Shown: piece by piece, positions 19,180 through 29,648 of the stretch | How the letters are laid out: every line of letters starts with the position of its first letter | How positions within the stretch are numbered: position 1 is the first letter of the stretch | Source: Candidatus Micrarchaeota archaeon | GTDB taxonomy: Archaea > Micrarchaeota > Micrarchaeia > Anstonellales > Bilamarchaeaceae | Assembly (NCBI GenBank): GCA_038046805.1 | Contig: JBBSVO010000003.1 | Coordinates: forward strand, 83,120 to 147,119 | Length of the DNA: 64,000 bases | Direction: 5' to 3' | Position numbers and translations under genes: made by a program | The notes under the pieces: model-generated | The model's database searches: none | Told to the model about the DNA's origin: nothing | Seen by the model: only the letters and a program-made list of their open reading frames with translations

Positions 19180-19929
19180 ATGTACGAGTCGACATTAGAG
19201 GAGCTAGGGCTTACCTTAAACGAATCTAAGGTTTACGAGGCGCTTTTGTCGTTAGGCAGTTCTTCTATCGAGCAAATTGCAATTAAATCCAAGGTTCACA
19301 GAAGAAATATTTACGATGTTCTTGCCAAGCTATTAGAAAAAGGGTTAATCTCCGAATCATTCGACTATAATAGAAAAGAGTACCGTGCCATTCACCCATC
19401 GCGTTTGCTGGACTTGATACAGGAAAAGGAGAATAAACTACAGATTATTCTGCCAGAATTGGAAAAACGTTTTAGTCACTACGAGGAAGAGGAAACTGCA
19501 TATATGTACAAAGGAATTAACGGTTTTAAGCAGTATCTACAAGACATCCTAGACGTAGGAGAAACAGCTTATTTTATCGGGGCAAAGGGATTTTGGCTTG
19601 ATCCAAGGCTCCAATATTTCCTGCCAAAATTCGAGATAGAACGAAAGAAACTCGGAATAAAATTCATGCACATCTTTGATTATGAGGTAAAGGAACAGAA
19701 ACCGGAGATATTGAAATTGGTTGGCCGACCATACAAATTCCTGCCGAAGGATTACTCAAGCCAGACCTCAATTGATTTCTTTGGTGACAGAATAGTTACA
19801 TTCGTTGGAGTTAAACCCGGCCAACTTGACGAGGAACCCACCCAGTTCGTAATGCGAAGCAGACGATTAGCAGACGGTTACAGAAAATTCTTCAATTTTA
19901 TGTGGGATAAACTTCCATTTGACTATTAG
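19180..19929 (+). CDS. TrmB family transcriptional regulator
   Basis: LEELGLTLNESKVYEALL...HRRNIYDVLAKLLEKGLI. Confidence 0.9.
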   Translation: MYESTLEELGLTLNESKVYEALLSLGSSSIEQIAIKSKVHRRNIYDVLAKLLEKGLISESFDYNRKEYRAIHPSRLLDLIQEKENKLQIILPELEKRFSHYEEEETAYMYKGINGFKQYLQDILDVGETAYFIGAKGFWLDPRLQYFLPKFEIERKKLGIKFMHIFDYEVKEQKPEILKLVGRPYKFLPKDYSSQTSIDFFGDRIVTFVGVKPGQLDEEPTQFVMRSRRLADGYRKFFNFMWDKLPFDY

Positions 19930-19934
19930 TTACC

Positions 19935-20609
19935 CTACAATGAAAAGAACTCCGCACCCACGTTTCTTGTTTTCTCGTCAATCTCCGCAATACAATACCT
20001 TCCAAGCTTTGCCGCAGGAACTTTGATTATGTACGTGCTGCCAAGCATTGCCATGCCTTCAAGTTCATGAACATGCCCGCAGAACACGACGAGCGGCTTT
20101 TTTTCCTCGATGATTTTCCGCACTGACGAACTTCCAATGTGTAGATTCCCGCGCGGACTTGTAACTTCGTCAAAGAATCCGAGTGGGGGCACATGGAGAA
20201 TGAGAATTGTATTATTATCAATAGGAAGTTTTTGCATCTGTGTGTGAATCTCATCTTCGCTTAATTCACCCGGAGTTCCGAACGGAGTTGGATTTGATTT
20301 TCCGAAACCAACAACATTCAATCTATCTGCCAGCTCAACCCGCTTTCCATGCAGATAACCTTTATGAGAAGTAGATGATGAAACCCTCTTAACCGCATTT
20401 TCCGGTTCGTTATTTCCAGGGATAAAAAAACAGTTTTCAAATGACGAAACGACTTCCTCCAGAAACTTCGGGCTGTCGTTTGTAGTATCTCCTAAGATAA
20501 GGGTAAAAATGCATTTTGATTCTTCGTATTTTTTCCGCAATTCCTCAAACACGACCTCTTCGTCATGAAGGTCTGAGAATACGAAAACGTGCATGGAATG
20601 GTCAGCCAC
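19935..20609 (-). CDS. Calcineurin-like metallophosphoesterase
   Basis: SDLH, GD, PGNNE, HVPP, CGHVHE. Confidence 0.92.
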   Translation of the reverse strand: MADHSMHVFVFSDLHDEEVVFEELRKKYEESKCIFTLILGDTTNDSPKFLEEVVSSFENCFFIPGNNEPENAVKRVSSSTSHKGYLHGKRVELADRLNVVGFGKSNPTPFGTPGELSEDEIHTQMQKLPIDNNTILILHVPPLGFFDEVTSPRGNLHIGSSSVRKIIEEKKPLVVFCGHVHELEGMAMLGSTYIIKVPAAKLGRYCIAEIDEKTRNVGAEFFSL

Positions 20610-21546
20610 CGATTTCCTTGGTCTGTGTTGGTCCTTCCTTTACCCCAACTCCCTTTTGCGCTTTCTCCTTTGCTTTTGTATACTCGTCCATTATTTGGGT
20701 ATAACGCTCATCAAAACGCTTAATCAACGAATCACCGAGTTTGTTCTTCGTGAAGTGATCCGCTTTTGCAGCCAGGGCAATAGAATTTGCAAGAGCACGG
20801 GCGATTTTTCCTCGCACAACCTTGGGTGATGCGGAAATACGAACGTGCTGGAATATGATTCCGTGCTTTGGCGGATCTATTTTTCTGTTCTTCAAATGCT
20901 TGAAAAGGGCCTTTTCAGCACCAAGAACCTGAATAGTGCTTGATGGAAGTATTGAAAGGCGGGCAAGTGAACCAACATGTGAAATAAGTTTTGCCGCGAT
21001 ATCCGAACCTGCAACTGCCGAGATATTTGGACAGACTTCATTGGTCAGTGTTTCAAGATATTTCGCATACTGATCCTTGAACTTGTATAGCATGAGAAGC
21101 TGATTTGCAAAGTGTCTGCACTGTGTAAGGTCCTCTTCTGTAAGGGGTGCGCCAATGCTTTTACCACATAAAGAGATTATTTCGTTTGATTTTCCGCTCC
21201 CGACGATTTTGGACAATTCTTTGGCATCAGGATTTGTTTTATCAAGAACCATGATAATCTCGCAGTATTTCCTGCGGTCTTCAAGCCTTAACTCCGGAAG
21301 ATAAATGCCATATAATTCTTCAAGTCTTTCCCCTAAGGCATTCGCAACTTGAACTGTCTCGTCTATTACTCTGGACACATTGGCAAGTAAAATGTCCTTT
21401 CCGCCAAGAGCCTTGGTTGTGGCTTCTGCTGCTTTCTGAAGAAACATCGAACGCTTGTTTGAAGGGCTGAAACCCTGTTTTTTGGGCTTCTGACCCGATC
21501 TGTTAGGACTACCGCCCCTGCTTCCTGTTGAATTTGGTCTAGGCAT
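20602..21546 (-). CDS. nop5: Box C/D sRNP protein Nop5 (Nop56/58), N-terminally divergent
   Basis: PSSTIQVLGAEKALFKHL, PPKHGIIFQH, RGKIARALA. Confidence 0.92.
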   Translation of the reverse strand: MPRPNSTGSRGGSPNRSGQKPKKQGFSPSNKRSMFLQKAAEATTKALGGKDILLANVSRVIDETVQVANALGERLEELYGIYLPELRLEDRRKYCEIIMVLDKTNPDAKELSKIVGSGKSNEIISLCGKSIGAPLTEEDLTQCRHFANQLLMLYKFKDQYAKYLETLTNEVCPNISAVAGSDIAAKLISHVGSLARLSILPSSTIQVLGAEKALFKHLKNRKIDPPKHGIIFQHVRISASPKVVRGKIARALANSIALAAKADHFTKNKLGDSLIKRFDERYTQIMDEYTKAKEKAQKGVGVKEGPTQTKEIGG

Positions 21547-21605
21547 AATGAGATAGTTGGCGGAATACTATTTAAAGCATATCTTATCTCAATTATAACG
21601 TGGCG

Positions 21606-21658
21606 GTTAGCTCCTAGCTTCTAGGTACTAGCCCCTAGCCAAGAGCCAGGAGCCATAA
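21606..21658. repeat. Degenerate heptamer array arranged as an inverted repeat
   Basis: CTCCTAG CTTCTAG GTACTAG CCCCTAG CCAAGAG CCAGGAG. Confidence 0.7.
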
Positions 21659-21674
21659 ATAACAGGTAGAAACC

Positions 21675-22193
21675 ATGACAGATATAACCAAGCTCACAAA
21701 TGAAACCATAAACAAGGGCGGAGTGCTGGCCATATTTTATTTTGACCTCCATGCGACCTCAACGGACATGCTGCAGCAACTTGGAGCCGGATTTATACAG
21801 AAATTACTAAGCGAACCAGGAGTTGTAACTGCATTGGGGGAAATAGACGAACCAATAGAAGCAGAGGCTAAAGAAGGAATTGACAGAAAGATGCTATCCA
21901 CAGCAATCGAGGTAAAGATTCTGGTGAAATCATTTGCAGATATAGCAAGGATATGTGCTGTATATAGCCCATTCTCTATTGAAATCCTGCGACCAAGCGA
22001 AATAAAACTCCCATTGGACAAGGCACACGAACTCCTTACAAACATTTCAACCACGACGTTTGGATATAAAAAACACATCGTTGAAAGACTTTCAACAAAA
22101 GAAGAGCTGGAGAATTACAAAAAAGTAATCCAACAAAAGATGGAGTTAGGAAAGAAGTTGCTTGAAAAAAAGGATGGCGCTGATAAAAAGTAA
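21675..22193 (+). CDS. Conserved-looking hypothetical protein
   Basis: 172-aa ORF with YSPFSIEILRP motif and C-terminal coiled coil. Confidence 0.75.
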   Translation: MTDITKLTNETINKGGVLAIFYFDLHATSTDMLQQLGAGFIQKLLSEPGVVTALGEIDEPIEAEAKEGIDRKMLSTAIEVKILVKSFADIARICAVYSPFSIEILRPSEIKLPLDKAHELLTNISTTTFGYKKHIVERLSTKEELENYKKVIQQKMELGKKLLEKKDGADKK

Positions 22194-22207
22194 ATTGAGG
22201 GATTTGC

Positions 22208-22906
22208 ATGCTTAAACGCGAATTTGTGAAAACCGGAATACCAGGACTGGACGAAATATGTGGTGGAGGATTTCCACGGGAATCAATCATAACTCTGAGC
22301 GGGCCTACTGGATGCGGAAAAAGCACATTTGGTATGCAATTCCTTGTAGAAGGTGCATTGAAATACAAGCAACCAGGACTTTACATTTCAATAGAACAGG
22401 ACAAACAATCAATGTTCCTGCATATGAGCGGGTACAAATGGGACCTTGAAAAACTTGAAAAAGGCAAACAACTCGTGTTTTTGGATTATCCGCTTCACGA
22501 AGTAGACCAATTCATGCAGCAAAACAGCGCAATTGCCGAGATAATCAATACAACCGGGGTTGAACGGGTTGTAATAGATTCCGTAATGCCGCTTGCGATT
22601 ATTTTTGCAAATGACGACGAACGAAAAAGGGGATTCCTCAGCCTGATAGATCATATAAGAAAATGGGGTGCGACCGTGTTGATTATTTCAGAGGATACGC
22701 CGGCGACTACCCAGGATGTGTTGCCGGATACAAGATATGGGATTGAAACGCTCAGCGACGGCTGGATGCATATATACTTTCTTTATGATAAAAGCAGGGA
22801 ACGTAAAAGAGCAGTTGAAATAATCAAAATGAAAGGTGTTGCCCATTCGAGCAAGATATACCCGCTTGAGCTTGACGATGATGGTTTTAAAGTGAATCGG
22901 GAGTAA
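22208..22906 (+). CDS. KaiC/RAD55-like RecA-fold ATPase
   Basis: KTGIPGLDE, GPTGCGKS, RVVIDS, IIKMKG. Confidence 0.92.
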   Translation: MLKREFVKTGIPGLDEICGGGFPRESIITLSGPTGCGKSTFGMQFLVEGALKYKQPGLYISIEQDKQSMFLHMSGYKWDLEKLEKGKQLVFLDYPLHEVDQFMQQNSAIAEIINTTGVERVVIDSVMPLAIIFANDDERKRGFLSLIDHIRKWGATVLIISEDTPATTQDVLPDTRYGIETLSDGWMHIYFLYDKSRERKRAVEIIKMKGVAHSSKIYPLELDDDGFKVNRE

Positions 22907-23432
22907 CGATTATTCCGAAAACGGATTTTCCGATTTTGCTGCTGGCAGAGATACCGGAACTGCAATCGATAATGATTCGTTTATCGGTTTTTTTGAACCG
23001 CTCGCTGTTTGGTTTGTCTTCTGCACCAATGATTATGTCAAAAACCTCTCCGGCATCTCCCTTAAAATTTTTTCCAATCCGCCCTACGAGAAGTCTCTTT
23101 TTTTCTACAAAGCCGGATAAAACCAATTTTGAAGGAAGAGGAACAACAACGCGCGCTTTTATTTTGAGAAGCCGCTTGATTAGTTTTTCACTGCCAGTTG
23201 CTGCGGCGCCCTCAACCTGGATATTTACAACATAAGTCAGATGGTCGTATATATCGAAATTCATCTCATTTCCGTGTTCGGCATCAAGATCGACAATGTG
23301 GATAAGTTTAATCCCTTTTTTCTTCCATTCACGCGCAAGCTCTGTTGGCTTTCCAATGAGAATAAGCGAACCCTCTGCTGATTTGGAGAACGCCTGCTTA
23401 TCTTTGACATATATCAGGGGAATCTGCATCAT
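22887..23432 (-). CDS. HisA/HisF-related truncated TIM-barrel protein
   Basis: IPLIYVKD, GIKLIHIVDLDA, IQVEG; only 181 aa. Confidence 0.7.
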   Translation of the reverse strand: MMQIPLIYVKDKQAFSKSAEGSLILIGKPTELAREWKKKGIKLIHIVDLDAEHGNEMNFDIYDHLTYVVNIQVEGAAATGSEKLIKRLLKIKARVVVPLPSKLVLSGFVEKKRLLVGRIGKNFKGDAGEVFDIIIGAEDKPNSERFKKTDKRIIIDCSSGISASSKIGKSVFGIIVTPDSL

Positions 23433-24775
23433 GAATTCACTTTTTCAGTTTTATTTTTTACCATATTTATCCTTGTAATTAAAGCTTGCATAATTGGAGG
23501 GGTTACGATAGTTGTAAGCAAGGCCATGGTGGCCAATATCGAATATTCTGCCGGATTCAGGATTTTCGTTGTCAAACCTATCGCAGCAACTATAAGCGCA
23601 ACCTCTCCGCGCGGTGCCATGCCAAAGCCAACTATAGCGGCTTCTAGCTTGGTTAGGCCAGAGAAGAATGCTGCGATCCCGCAGCCAATTACTTTTGTGA
23701 ATATCGCAAGAACTGAAATAATCAAAATCGGCACCAGGAAAATTTGTAGGGCATTTACATCCATCAGCATCCCGAGCGAGATAAAAAATATCGGCATGAA
23801 CAGCATCTCAAGGCCGTATGTTTTTTCTTCAATTTCCTTGTTGTGCCTGCTGCTGTTCAGGATTATTCCTGCCATGAACGCGCCAACTATAGCCGAGAGA
23901 CGTATGAATTCTGCAATATATGAATAGAATAAGACCAATGCAAGAACCATCAAAAATCGTTTTGCGTCCAGTTCCTTCTTGTCCAGGTATTTGACAAAGT
24001 AATTACCCGAGATTACGGCACCTGCAAGAAACACAATGGCTGTGATGAAGGTAGTAATCAATGAAATTGCAGTCGCATCCTGCCCTCCAACCCCGGTTAT
24101 GTTTATTACGAATGACAGAACGAGAAGTGCAAGGATATCATCAAGCACTGCTGCACCAATTATGATTTCTGCAAAATGCTCGGACATTAATTTGAATTCT
24201 TTTAGAATCGCCACCGTAACACCGACCGATGTTGCGGTTAGTGCCGCGGCGACAAACATGGAATATACAAAACTTCCTCCTGTTGAGATTGCGTAGAAGT
24301 AACCTACTACAAAAGGGATTACTACGCCAGCAGAAGCAACAAACAGGTTGTCGAATGCGAATATTTTCTCAATCTTGTTGTGCATGCCGACTTTAAACAA
24401 AAGAACGATTGCACCAAGCTGCGCAAAGACGCTGATAACACTTTCAAACCTTAGTATAATAGGTTGGTTCGCTGGAATGCTGAATGGAAGATTTAAAGTT
24501 CCAAGAAACTCCCATGATATGGATAAAAAACTAGGGCTTAATAGAACCCCCAGTACCATGAGAATCATAACCGTCGGTTGTTTGGTATATACCACCACCA
24601 ATTCCCCGACTACTGCCAGAAGAAGCAGGAAAACTATTTCGAAATAGATATGCTTTTCTTCCTCAACCTCTCCAAATACACTGGTCCTAACTATTGAAAT
24701 TACCAAAAGTAGGAATATACCCAGTACCAACAATGCGATAGTCGGTAATGCCTTTTTTATAGTTTCCTGAATCAT
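23429..24775 (-). CDS. Cation:proton antiporter (CPA2/Kef-type)
   Basis: LTATSVGVT, GAAVLDDI, GMAPRGEVA; multiple TMs. Confidence 0.93.
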   Translation of the reverse strand: MIQETIKKALPTIALLVLGIFLLLVISIVRTSVFGEVEEEKHIYFEIVFLLLLAVVGELVVVYTKQPTVMILMVLGVLLSPSFLSISWEFLGTLNLPFSIPANQPIILRFESVISVFAQLGAIVLLFKVGMHNKIEKIFAFDNLFVASAGVVIPFVVGYFYAISTGGSFVYSMFVAAALTATSVGVTVAILKEFKLMSEHFAEIIIGAAVLDDILALLVLSFVINITGVGGQDATAISLITTFITAIVFLAGAVISGNYFVKYLDKKELDAKRFLMVLALVLFYSYIAEFIRLSAIVGAFMAGIILNSSRHNKEIEEKTYGLEMLFMPIFFISLGMLMDVNALQIFLVPILIISVLAIFTKVIGCGIAAFFSGLTKLEAAIVGFGMAPRGEVALIVAAIGLTTKILNPAEYSILATMALLTTIVTPPIMQALITRINMVKNKTEKVNS

Positions 24776-26115
24776 TCAAATTTCACCAATCTTTCAATCG
24801 CATCCTTCACAAAAACAAAATCCTCTTTTCCGCTTTTCATATCCTTTAGCGTGATTTTGTTTTCCTTTGCCTCGCGCTCACCAACTACCGCAAAGAATGG
24901 CATACCCAGAGAATTTGCATAATCCATCTGCTTTCTCAGGTTGCGCTCATTGAGATCAGTTTCCGTTGCGATACCAGCCGCCCTAAATTCTCCAGCTACC
25001 TTTGCCGCATAATTATAAAACTCTGGTTTTACACAACCAACAAATACCTTTGTGTAGGTTTTAGCAGTTCCGCCCGAATTGTTCTTCGCATTGCGTTCTT
25101 TGATAAGGGTTATGAGCCGCTCGATTCCGATTGAGATTCCGATTGCGCAATCGGGCTGGCCATAAAGACCTAAAAGCTTGTCATATCTTCCTCCGCCTGC
25201 GATTGTCCCGATTCCGTCAGAAAGTTTTATTTCAAATACCGGGCCTGTGTAATAGCCCAATCCACGGACCATCGCCAGATCAACCACCACTTCAAATCCA
25301 GCAGAATCGCACAATGAAACTATTTCGCGAAGCTCTGCAACACCTTCTGGACAGACATTCTCAACTGCGCGCAACTTATCCTCGTTCTCCCCGCTCATTT
25401 TCACGAGTTCAAGAACTGTTTTTGTTGCCTTTTTACCTATGATTCCTTCAAGCTCCACGCGGACTGCAGCCTCTCCGATTTTATCTGTTTTGTCAAGAAC
25501 CCGCAATATATCATTTATATTATCGCCCATGTCCAGGTCATCCACAATCGCGTCCATGATTTTGCGGTTATTTAGCAGGATTCTTGGATTTTCAAATCCA
25601 AATCCAACAAGTGATTCTCGAGCCACGGACAAAACTTCTGCCTCTGCACGCATAGACTTGCTTCCTATGACATCAATATCAGCCTGCCAGAACTCGCGGA
25701 ATCTTCCGCGTTGCGGCTCTTCTTTTCTCCATACATTGGAGATACAATATCTTTTGAATGGCTTTGGCTCTGCGGTATTTGATGCAACCCTTGCAAGCGG
25801 GACGGTAAGATCGAATCTGAGGCCGTATTCGTTCTTTCCGATTTTGTTCTCGCTGTTCTCGCCGTTTTCGCTTTTTTCCGTATTTTGTTTTTTTCCGCTT
25901 CCGCTCACGATTTCAAATATCTCGCCTTCAATGTCTTCTCCTGCCTTTGCTCTAAGAGTTTCGAGATATTCCATAGCCGGAGTTTCAAGCGGCCTGTAAC
26001 CATACTTACGGTACACGGCTTCGATCTTAGCGAAAACCTCATTGCGCAGTATCATATCCTCTGGGAGAAAATCCCGCATTCCTTTAGGGGTTGATTTTGA
26101 CGACATAGGAATCAT
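24772..26115 (-). CDS. hisS: Histidine--tRNA ligase
   Basis: PKGMRDF, LRFDLTVP, GRFREFWQAD, RGLGYYTG, GGGRYD. Confidence 0.98.
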   Translation of the reverse strand: MIPMSSKSTPKGMRDFLPEDMILRNEVFAKIEAVYRKYGYRPLETPAMEYLETLRAKAGEDIEGEIFEIVSGSGKKQNTEKSENGENSENKIGKNEYGLRFDLTVPLARVASNTAEPKPFKRYCISNVWRKEEPQRGRFREFWQADIDVIGSKSMRAEAEVLSVARESLVGFGFENPRILLNNRKIMDAIVDDLDMGDNINDILRVLDKTDKIGEAAVRVELEGIIGKKATKTVLELVKMSGENEDKLRAVENVCPEGVAELREIVSLCDSAGFEVVVDLAMVRGLGYYTGPVFEIKLSDGIGTIAGGGRYDKLLGLYGQPDCAIGISIGIERLITLIKERNAKNNSGGTAKTYTKVFVGCVKPEFYNYAAKVAGEFRAAGIATETDLNERNLRKQMDYANSLGMPFFAVVGEREAKENKITLKDMKSGKEDFVFVKDAIERLVKFE

Positions 26116-26131
26116 ATTAACACCAAACCAA

Positions 26132-27193
26132 TTAATACCTGACCTTGGCGGATTTTACCGCATCTTCCAGAGCATACATAACCCGAAATGCAAGCTCCCA
26201 TAGGTCTGCGCAACCAGAAAGGTCTGGAAGCAAACCCAGGGGGGTTGGGGTTCTCAAAACTGCGTACTCGGGATATTTCCCAAGTTTTGACTTCAGTCTT
26301 AACAGATCATTAAATGCATTTATTGGAGGGAATGGCACGCAAAGCGGGCAAAAATCAGATATGGATTCAACTGCCTTAAATGCCAGCCTTGCAATCTCCG
26401 GGATTTTTCCGCTATCGAATTCAAATGGGGAAACCGCATAGGCAAGCTCCGGACATAAAATGCCAGGCAACAGAAGATAGAATTCACTGTAGTTCCATGA
26501 AGCAGATGGCCGCACTTTTCCCTCCAATGCCAATTTTTCTATATCCTCGAGCGAATACTTTCCATACTTGCCTCCGTAAAAGGTTTGCGGAATAAGAAGG
26601 CGCCCTTCTTTCACGAATAGCTGGCCTATCTTCTGCCCGCTTGACTTGAGATTCATTAGCACAATCTTTGAATAAAATGGAGACAAGTCACGGACATATG
26701 ACACTTGCGGTATCCTGCCTGCCTCCTGCCTAAATGAATCTGCCATAAGGTCTCCGCGCGCATTCCTTAATTCGTCCAGCGAGGTATAAGGTTCTGGCTT
26801 AGGGACGGTTTCGCGAAGTACAATTGCATTATCAACATCCCAAACATACTGAGATATGAAACTATCCTTGTAAGGCGCAGGCATCCAGCAATCCAAAGTA
26901 AGTTCAAGAATCCCAAAAGGAACCCCGAGTTCTCTTGCAATGGCAAAACCCATCAAAGCCTCTGCATCCAACCGTGCGAGTTGCCGTGGAAGAACAACTC
27001 CACACAGGTTTAGTTCCAGAGAATCGAAATCCACGCCCCATCTTTCCTTTAGGTATTTGCGTGCCTTTGAAGAACAATCCGAGGATGCTCGCTGTCTGGT
27101 TTCTTCCCCAAACTGCTCTTTTGAAAGAACGTATGGGAGCCTAAAGGTTTCCCTGCAGTATTTTTCAGCAATACCACGGATATCACTTCGCAT
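26132..27193 (-). CDS. Hypothetical protein
   Basis: 353-aa ORF downstream of the radical SAM gene; no motif recognised. Confidence 0.7.
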   Translation of the reverse strand: MRSDIRGIAEKYCRETFRLPYVLSKEQFGEETRQRASSDCSSKARKYLKERWGVDFDSLELNLCGVVLPRQLARLDAEALMGFAIARELGVPFGILELTLDCWMPAPYKDSFISQYVWDVDNAIVLRETVPKPEPYTSLDELRNARGDLMADSFRQEAGRIPQVSYVRDLSPFYSKIVLMNLKSSGQKIGQLFVKEGRLLIPQTFYGGKYGKYSLEDIEKLALEGKVRPSASWNYSEFYLLLPGILCPELAYAVSPFEFDSGKIPEIARLAFKAVESISDFCPLCVPFPPINAFNDLLRLKSKLGKYPEYAVLRTPTPLGLLPDLSGCADLWELAFRVMYALEDAVKSAKVRY

Positions 27194-27297
27194 ATCCGAA
27201 ACAGTGAAGTAAATCCCTTCCCATTCTCTGTTCCCGATTCTCAGCTCCTGGTTTCAGGTTTCCCGCTCCAGGCCTCCTGTTTTCTGTTTTGTACATT

Positions 27298-28284
27298 TCA
27301 AATCCCTCCTTTTTGTTTTTCAGTTTTTTCTCTTTCTGAACGTGACAAATAGTGATACGCCGGACAATCAAGCGGATTTCCCTTTGATGAAAACTCCCTT
27401 TCTCGCACGAGTTCTCCGTCCTCATAGCGGCCTATTGCATTTTCAGGCTGTGTGAGGTAGATACATGGATAGATATTGCCGTCAACCCCGATGGTAAGGC
27501 CGCCATCCCTTGAACCTGCACCACAGCAAAATTGTTTTTTCCTGAACTGAGTGCCTAAAGAGCCTGCAGCTGAAAGATAGATAGCCGGATAGCGGATGCG
27601 TAATTCATCAAGCATCCCGAAGAAATTCCCAGTTTCCTGCTCAGTTAGCATTTGCGGACCTTTTCCATTAATCCGCAAGTATCTCAAGAACTGAACCACC
27701 TGCGCGCCCTGACAGATACACTCTTCGGCCATTTGCGGGACAAAATCCAAATTCCTCTGTGTAATAGTGATGCGCATCATCAATTCAAGTCCGCTTGCAA
27801 CCACGCGCCTCGCAGCCTCACGCACGATATCAGAGGAGGTAAGCCTCAGTCCGCTGTTTTCAAAATTCGCGGTCAGGACAACCTGCCTTATCCCAATATC
27901 CCTTATCTCTTCGCACAAATCCGATTTTTCAACAAGAACTCGGCCATTTGTAAGAACAGATGTTGAAGCAGAAGCCTTGAGGATTTCGGCCAATCTTCTG
28001 AATCGCAGAACCTCAGTTGTGCTTGCGAATACGGAAAACCCGGCTTTCCTGAACCTGAGAAGATCTACGATTATCGCCTCTTCGGTTCTCTTGATCCTCT
28101 TTTTATATGCGCCTCCGGATAGCACAAAACACCCAGTGCAGCGCGAATTGCAGGGAGGTTCTGTTTCTGGCAAAAACATATATGTAATTGTGGGGCGCCG
28201 TGCGAATTTCTTCATATATTCCGGAATTGATGCAAATTTTCGGCCGCACGCTGGCGCGCAGGTAGGATTAATCATTTTTTCCAC
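27298..28284 (-). CDS. Radical SAM protein with SPASM/Twitch domain
   Basis: CNSRCTGC, LTNG, CGAG...GNIYPC...C. Confidence 0.9.
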   Translation of the reverse strand: MEKMINPTCAPACGRKFASIPEYMKKFARRPTITYMFLPETEPPCNSRCTGCFVLSGGAYKKRIKRTEEAIIVDLLRFRKAGFSVFASTTEVLRFRRLAEILKASASTSVLTNGRVLVEKSDLCEEIRDIGIRQVVLTANFENSGLRLTSSDIVREAARRVVASGLELMMRITITQRNLDFVPQMAEECICQGAQVVQFLRYLRINGKGPQMLTEQETGNFFGMLDELRIRYPAIYLSAAGSLGTQFRKKQFCCGAGSRDGGLTIGVDGNIYPCIYLTQPENAIGRYEDGELVREREFSSKGNPLDCPAYHYLSRSEREKTEKQKGGI

Positions 28285-28555
28285 CTCGACACCTTCCGTA
28301 CCTCAAATAAGCGCAATTTCTTGAGAATTTCCGCCCGTTTGCCATATCGCTGTCGCTGGCTTTCGCTAATTCAATAATGATGCTATTGGCTCCTGGCTTC
28401 TGGCTACTAGCTACCGGCCAACTGCCACTAGCAATTCGGATAATTATTTTTCCATTCGTTTCAATTCCGAGAGCCTCGCGTATTTCCAGCGGTAAAACTA
28501 GACGCGCCTTTGAATCAAGCGCAATAACGTATTTTCGTTGCTCAATGAAGTACAT
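28268..28555 (-). CDS. AbrB/MazE/MraZ-like DNA-binding protein with in-frame heptamer-repeat stretch
   Basis: LDSKARLVLPLEIREALGI; segment ASGSWPVASSQKPGANS is encoded by 7-nt repeats. Confidence 0.8.
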   Translation of the reverse strand: MYFIEQRKYVIALDSKARLVLPLEIREALGIETNGKIIIRIASGSWPVASSQKPGANSIIIELAKASDSDMANGRKFSRNCAYLRYGRCRGGKND

Positions 28556-28663
28556 CCCTTTTTGTGAAGTACATCCCTTCCTTTGTTCACCATATCCATT
28601 ACCTGTTTCTGATTTTCTTTGCTTACAGATATTGTATCTTTCCCACTTAATATACGTTTCGGT

Positions 28664-28972
28664 TTATTGATTCAACACCAGCAAAAAGCTTGTGTCTTTA
28701 TTCGCACTTAGCGAATGCACTGCCTTTTTCTTCATGTGGATAAACGTGCCAGGAAGCATCGGGATTCCCTCTCCCTCTAGAGTGAACGTGCCGTTGCCTT
28801 CTATAACATAGACTAACCCTTCTTTGGTGGACGTATGCTCGCCAAGCTCCGTTCCCTTTGCCATGCAGAACAACGTAACATCCACTTTATCGCTTTTTGA
28901 TATTACCTTGCTCACAATGCCGCCGTTTGAATACGAAATCATTTCCTTCAGGTTTTTCCATGTTTTTGGCAT
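28664..28972 (-). CDS. Cupin domain protein
   Basis: LGEHTS..GLVYVIEGNG...AVHSLSA. Confidence 0.9.
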   Translation of the reverse strand: MPKTWKNLKEMISYSNGGIVSKVISKSDKVDVTLFCMAKGTELGEHTSTKEGLVYVIEGNGTFTLEGEGIPMLPGTFIHMKKKAVHSLSANKDTSFLLVLNQ

Positions 28973-29031
28973 GACGGGAATTCACGATTTACAGTTTATA
29001 TTTGTTTCCGTTCATAATTCTTAGATGTTAT

Positions 29032-29171
29032 AGCCCCGTCGTCTAGAGTCTTGTGTCCAGCGTCTAGAGTTTCAAAAATACGAGACTGACGACTCAAGAC
29101 ACGAGACGGACTTTGGTCAAGGATGACAGGCTCTGGACCTGTATACGTCGGTTCGAATCCGATCGGGGCTA
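29032..29171 (+). tRNA. tRNA-Gln(CTG) with 67-nt D-loop intron (15/16; 29047-29113)
   Basis: AGCCCCG/CGGGGCT-A, ACAGG CT CTG GA CCTGT; BHB GTCT-AG|A GTCTTGTGTC...GACACGAGAC GGAC-TT|T. Confidence 0.93.
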
Positions 29172-29215
29172 TTTTAATTCCATAACTTTTTAATCCAAAC
29201 CGCATAAATACCGCC

Positions 29216-29623
29216 ATGCATCCCTTAAGCGAGGAGTTCAAAAAAAGCTTTGAGAATGAAAGCTGGGACTCCATAGCGCATATGGCACTGACGTTCCAAA
29301 TCGAACTTGAAGAGGACGACAAACATCAGAAAAGGCTCAAAAAGGAATTGGGGATGCTCAAACATGTGCTTCATCATCATTTGAAAGACCAAGAAGCCGC
29401 GGCAAGAAATCTGAATATAACGTTCTTTGTCCGCCTGCACAAGACAATAACACGATTAGAAAAGGCATTTGACAGGCATGACGTAAAAAGAAGGGAATTT
29501 TTAGTATTTCTCAAGGCAATTTTGCATAAATTAAGAAACACAAAATTCAGGGTATTCAAGACATTGGAAAGAAAAAACGAATTTGGAAGAATGAAGGGAT
29601 TGATGGACAAGAAGAATGGATGA
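29216..29623 (+). CDS. Hypothetical basic helical protein
   Basis: 135-aa ORF whose 3' end abuts the pgi start region. Confidence 0.65.
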   Translation: MHPLSEEFKKSFENESWDSIAHMALTFQIELEEDDKHQKRLKKELGMLKHVLHHHLKDQEAAARNLNITFFVRLHKTITRLEKAFDRHDVKRREFLVFLKAILHKLRNTKFRVFKTLERKNEFGRMKGLMDKKNG

Positions 29624-29648
29624 AGGATTAAGAGAGATGGGAAATAAT

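Noticed and set aside
27183..27425. 80-aa ORF as radical SAM precursor peptide
   Set aside because: It overlaps the rSAM 3' end and its remainder is a translation of the heptamer array.
28996..29322. 108-aa minus-strand ORF
   Set aside because: Antisense to tRNA-Gln and the next CDS.
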